A stretch of DNA of 64,000 nucleotides, taken from the IMG/VR virus record IMGVR_UViG_3300007512_000011, positions 50,968-114,967 of that record. One strand, 5' to 3'. Made by a program: the position numbers and the translations under genes. Below the pieces are notes generated by a model that saw nothing but the letters and a program-made list of their open reading frames with translations, was not told the origin of the DNA and made no database searches. Of this stretch, positions 59,959 to 64,000 are shown one piece after another; position 1 is the stretch's first letter, and every line of letters starts with the position of its first letter. The DNA is from a virus.

Positions 59959-60137
59959 CGTTAATTTCTCCTCGTTGTAAGTCTGTGCTGTTTGATCAAT
60001 TCAATACAAGGCTGACAACGTTCTCTGTTTTGTTTCAAGTATGTAATCACTTTTCTCACGGTGCAAGCCTCAGCAGCTTCACATCCTGTTCATAAATATA
60101 CAAGCTCTAATTATTCACAGTAAATAAAAACTCTGCA

Positions 60138-62285
60138 TTAGGTTGATGAATTAGGTGTTAATTGACCAAAGCCAGAAGATTGCACATCTCCTGTTGATCC
60201 AACTCTTGTTCCGGGTGGTGAAACCCTTAGTAATGGATCTATGGTGCTATCATTAATAAAAATATCTATGATCTCACTGCTTTGCAGATCTGTATTGATG
60301 ATCTGTAGTTTATAATTTGGATTCTCTGATACGCTGTTACCTTCTCCTGGAGATTGTGCTGCGATTAAATTCTCATCAATGACAGTTTCTGTTGCTGCAA
60401 TTCCGCTACCCTGGTCCTCATGAATATGTTTTCTTGTCACCTTTAAAAACTCAGGATCAAAATATAGCTTAATTCTTCTATGACCAGAGTCCCTCATAGT
60501 ATCAATAAATGTGTCACCAGTCATAAGCATATTTGGATAGGCTTTTGGAGCACCAGATCTAGATATCATTGTAATCCTTAGCTTATTCTTAAACCTGTCA
60601 TAACTAACTCTATACTGGATAGAATACTTTGAAGCAAGTCCTCTAGCATCAACTGATGCGACTGCGTAAATAAATGATGAATCCTTAGTAAACTGTCTAT
60701 CCCTATAAAATTTCTTTGGCATTGGCATCTTTGTCACGAGGGTAGGTGGAACAAGCTCCAATGGACGAGATTTTACCTCTGAGTCATCAAAATCATACTC
60801 AGCTAGAATTGTAAACGGTCTTGAAACTGACCGTCTTCTGAACACCTGAAACCTCTTAATGTCTCGTTGTGGATTTTGTGGAAATTCCCAAAATACAAGT
60901 AAGCTGTCAGTCTTAAAGTCATATTTAAATCTGATATCACCCGGAGGCTTGGGTGGAATTTTCTCCTGGCAGATGACAGTTGTCTTTTTTCCAGCAGAAG
61001 CTATCAAAGCAGTTGACATTATTACCTGATCGGGAGTCGAAGAGTCCCAGTCTCCACTATCTGTATCAATTCGAATTGACTCAAATCTTGACAGGGATAC
61101 AGCCCTTATATTATAAACATACGCACCCCCATAGCGGACAGCTGGATCGATAAATGATGTAATGCTAGGGCTATCAAGAATAACTGGAGGAAGAGGTGAT
61201 AGGTTTCCATCAGAAGTTATCTCAAATTTTTCGATGTAGTATCCTATGAGTGATGACCCCTCTTGTGTGCTAGCGTTGCTGTCAACACTGTCGTCTGGGA
61301 TGGCTTCCTGATGAATAACAGTCATTCCAGGCTGATACTCTGATGCTATGAGTGCTCCGGGTATGGCACTGGATGCGGCATCATTCTGGAGCTTGCTTGC
61401 CATCGATATAACTCCTCGCAGCTCATCCTCATAGACATTGACAGTGTCTATCACTGAACCGCTCAAGAGTGTTCCAAAAATTAAATTATTCACATTAAAA
61501 TTATTTTGAAGAATTTTGATGTCTGATAGTGGATTGACAATGGTCTCCTGTCTTGTGTCAGATTTTGCAAAACTAAAACCCATTGCCTGTGGGTTTCTCA
61601 AAGCAGATCGAATTAAGGATCCTTGTGTTGACGGAGTGACGACAGACTGTAGACCTTGTGACTGCTGTGACACAGAGCCTCCCATATCAGAAAAAACTGC
61701 AGATGATGACAGTGAGGTATAGAATGACTGATCAACACCTGTATCCATCAAGCTAACATTGCTGAAATATGCATTCGATATCGCTGATTCAAACATTAGC
61801 TGCGATGTGTGGTTCGACACTCGTACGTCTTTAAACTGGTCAAGTAATCCAAGATTATTGCTTAGAACATGCCCGAAGCCTGTCGAGCTTTGGTCTGCAG
61901 CAAACGTGTTGAAGTCCGGAGGTGTAAATGTTACCCTCACAAACCTTGGAACTCTATCAATATCTGCAAAGAAGTCCAAACCATCTGCAACTAATTGAGT
62001 TATTGTGACTGGAGATGTGGTCGTTCCCTGATTTACTCTCTCATCCGGAGTAAAGTAGACATAGCTAAACTCTGATTGAATGTTTGATGGCTCTGGGATA
62101 TCAATTCTGGTCACTGGTTTTGAGGGATAAGCAATTGGCAGCTCTAATTCGCGCATGAAACGTCGGGTATTTGTGCTCTGAGCTGGGGGTGGGAACTCAG
62201 GAATGGGAATGGTTCCGCCAGATTCTGCAATCTGTTCTGCCATTGCATTCTGCATGGCTGCAAGCATCTGATCAAGTGTTGGCAT
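60138..62285 (-). CDS. Hypothetical virion protein with fibronectin III-like domains
   Basis: GYYIEK...FIDPAVRYG..YVYNIRAV; PPKPP..I; RFQVFRR...YAVASVDARG. Confidence 0.5.
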   Translation of the reverse strand: MPTLDQMLAAMQNAMAEQIAESGGTIPIPEFPPPAQSTNTRRFMRELELPIAYPSKPVTRIDIPEPSNIQSEFSYVYFTPDERVNQGTTTSPVTITQLVADGLDFFADIDRVPRFVRVTFTPPDFNTFAADQSSTGFGHVLSNNLGLLDQFKDVRVSNHTSQLMFESAISNAYFSNVSLMDTGVDQSFYTSLSSSAVFSDMGGSVSQQSQGLQSVVTPSTQGSLIRSALRNPQAMGFSFAKSDTRQETIVNPLSDIKILQNNFNVNNLIFGTLLSGSVIDTVNVYEDELRGVISMASKLQNDAASSAIPGALIASEYQPGMTVIHQEAIPDDSVDSNASTQEGSSLIGYYIEKFEITSDGNLSPLPPVILDSPSITSFIDPAVRYGGAYVYNIRAVSLSRFESIRIDTDSGDWDSSTPDQVIMSTALIASAGKKTTVICQEKIPPKPPGDIRFKYDFKTDSLLVFWEFPQNPQRDIKRFQVFRRRSVSRPFTILAEYDFDDSEVKSRPLELVPPTLVTKMPMPKKFYRDRQFTKDSSFIYAVASVDARGLASKYSIQYRVSYDRFKNKLRITMISRSGAPKAYPNMLMTGDTFIDTMRDSGHRRIKLYFDPEFLKVTRKHIHEDQGSGIAATETVIDENLIAAQSPGEGNSVSENPNYKLQIINTDLQSSEIIDIFINDSTIDPLLRVSPPGTRVGSTGDVQSSGFGQLTPNSST

Positions 62286-62366
62286 GGTGCAACCACTCTC
62301 TTTGTCTTAAGTTAAATAACTGTCTTCTCATTGTCACAGCCTGACCTGTGTTTTGAATCATGTTTT

Positions 62367-64000
62367 TCAAAATTCTTCATCTCCCCTCGCCAACACTTCC
62401 TCTCCCGTGCTGCTTATTCGAGTATCTGGCCCACCGGTGACCTGCTGGCCGGGAACATCAAAGCTTTTTACGAGGTCGGCCGTAACAAAGAACTGATAGT
62501 ATGTCGGCTCGTTGGGGTCTATTACTGGAGATGTGCTGGCTGCTATTCCAGTTGATGTTTCGACTCCGTCTCCAGAGCCTCCGGCATCGCTAGATTGACC
62601 CAGCTCAAAAGTTGGGTCATTCTCATCTATTAGGATGCAGAAGACTCGGTCGAAGATCTTCGTTCCTGTGATCTGATTTTTGTATCTCTGTGAATTAAAC
62701 AATGCAGATCGAGAGATCTCGCCTGAGAGACGTGAAAACTCTAGATGGGCTGACTGTGACTTTCCCTTGAATGCACTAAACTTCTTAGCCCTATTCAAGA
62801 GATCAGAGAATTGTGACATAGACTCAGGATCAGGCCCATTGTAAAGGGATGTATCAGGTGTTAGCATAAAGGTTCCTTCTGACACATCTATTCCCATTAG
62901 CAGCTTGAGATACATCTTCAGGTAGTAATCACCCATATTATTATTTGTTATATGATTAACTGTTGCACGTGGTCCACCTACAGGCAGGGCTGTCAGGGCT
63001 GAGAGGCCGCCTTGTGGGTACATGTAATCCTTCCTGGGATCTATCACAGTGCTGATAATTCCTGTCCCTGACGGGTCTGGCTTCATCGAGAAATTTAGAA
63101 AATATGTGTGCCCTCGGAGAGCGGAGGCAGTTTGGGGGATGGGGGGTGACACAGTAGGATCTGACGATACAATATTTCTATTACCTTGAATTATGTGTGC
63201 TGACATGTCGAGTGGGAAAATCAGGGGACGAGACTGGACATATGAATTGACCAAGTTGCGACGGTGGACGTGTAACCTGATCATCGTTGTATCAGAATAG
63301 AATGAATCACCGGTATTGTTAACAGTCTTCTGTCGGAGACCCTCCACCATTCCTGCTGGAAGGCCTACAACTAAAATTCTGTACTTTTTTTCCGGATCTG
63401 TGAATCCTGACGTGCTGAAGAATGCCATAAGATTATCAACCATTCCCTGGTTTATCACCTGAGTTGTCGGAATATAAGGATACTTTTCAGAAAGGTGCTT
63501 TAATCCATACCTCATAGCTCCACTGAGTGCTATCTGGTCCCTTGTCATTGTTTGTAGCAGGTCTGCACCCTCCTGTGTGTCCCTTAGCTTTCTAATAAAT
63601 GCGTCCTGCGGAGTAGAATGAGGATGATTGGCGGGATAGGGTGATGTTAACGAGCTAAGGATCTGTGGGAGCTTTCCAGCAGCACTCTTTGTTATTAAAT
63701 TTAGGTAGTGGAGAATGTTAAACACAGCCATATCCTCCTCAAGAAGCTTCTTTTTTATACCTCCTATCAGAGAGATCATCCTCTCTGCATCTGCCTTGGA
63801 TCCTGAGGCTGTCCCTCCTGTTGCATCTGTATTTGTCAGCACAGCAGTGAGCACCAGATCGAGTATTTCCTCCGAACCCTCCACTGTTCCTATCTTGGTA
63901 AAATTGTCCAAAGCTGTGGTGAAGCCGATGCCATTGAGGACATTATAGTTGAATATCATGTAGCCGCTGCCGGTGTTGGTCGCTTGATCTGACTCGCCAG
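62367..64000 (-). CDS. Large hypothetical (probably virion) protein, 5' end beyond the window
   Basis: The frame of ORF 62367..63959 stays open to position 64000. Confidence 0.55.
   Translation of the reverse strand, partial: GESDQATNTGSGYMIFNYNVLNGIGFTTALDNFTKIGTVEGSEEILDLVLTAVLTNTDATGGTASGSKADAERMISLIGGIKKKLLEEDMAVFNILHYLNLITKSAAGKLPQILSSLTSPYPANHPHSTPQDAFIRKLRDTQEGADLLQTMTRDQIALSGAMRYGLKHLSEKYPYIPTTQVINQGMVDNLMAFFSTSGFTDPEKKYRILVVGLPAGMVEGLRQKTVNNTGDSFYSDTTMIRLHVHRRNLVNSYVQSRPLIFPLDMSAHIIQGNRNIVSSDPTVSPPIPQTASALRGHTYFLNFSMKPDPSGTGIISTVIDPRKDYMYPQGGLSALTALPVGGPRATVNHITNNNMGDYYLKMYLKLLMGIDVSEGTFMLTPDTSLYNGPDPESMSQFSDLLNRAKKFSAFKGKSQSAHLEFSRLSGEISRSALFNSQRYKNQITGTKIFDRVFCILIDENDPTFELGQSSDAGGSGDGVETSTGIAASTSPVIDPNEPTYYQFFVTADLVKSFDVPGQQVTGGPDTRISSTGEEVLARGDEEF

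Noticed and set aside
1-64000. Alternative genetic code (stop-codon reassignment), as in some large phages
   Set aside because: Conserved genes are intact in the standard code, and TAA, TAG and TGA all end genes at expected positions.
1-64000. CRISPR array, tRNAs, DGR or retron, introns and inteins
   Set aside because: No spaced repeat array, cloverleaf or reverse transcriptase seen. RNR, helicase, RecA and terminase have normal lengths with no intein motifs. This was an inspection by eye only.

Overview
The window is a 64 kb segment of a large tailed bacteriophage (myovirus) with a divergent T4-like morphogenesis module. Every credible gene is on the minus strand and uses the standard code. 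In transcription order (high to low coordinates) it holds baseplate/virion proteins; RuvC, primase and a fused Mre11-Rad50 (SbcD-SbcC); terminase, portal, prohead protease, scaffold and major capsid; a sulfotransferase, a probable head decoration protein and a histone-like protein; neck genes, two tandem ~1000-aa tail sheath paralogues, tube, tail chaperones, tape measure and baseplate hub; a replication block (PolA-like core, HD hydrolase, SSB, RecA, 5'-3' exonuclease, helicase, class II RNR, ClpP-like protease, thioesterase, amidase); and two tail-fibre paralogues. Four signals stand out. (1) A [S/T]-[G/A]-S tripeptide is enriched in probable surface-exposed virion proteins, and a sulfotransferase lies beside the capsid gene; together these suggest a virion modification system. 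(2) A palindromic ATA-NN-TA(T/A) motif lies upstream of about 14 structural genes, while replication genes have sigma70-like promoters. (3) A U8 slippery site joins two tail-chaperone ORFs in the +1/-2 frame. (4) There is a candidate pseudoknotted RNA leader. I saw no tRNA, rRNA, CRISPR array, reverse transcriptase or mobile element. All assignments come from motif recognition and synteny by eye; no database search was run.
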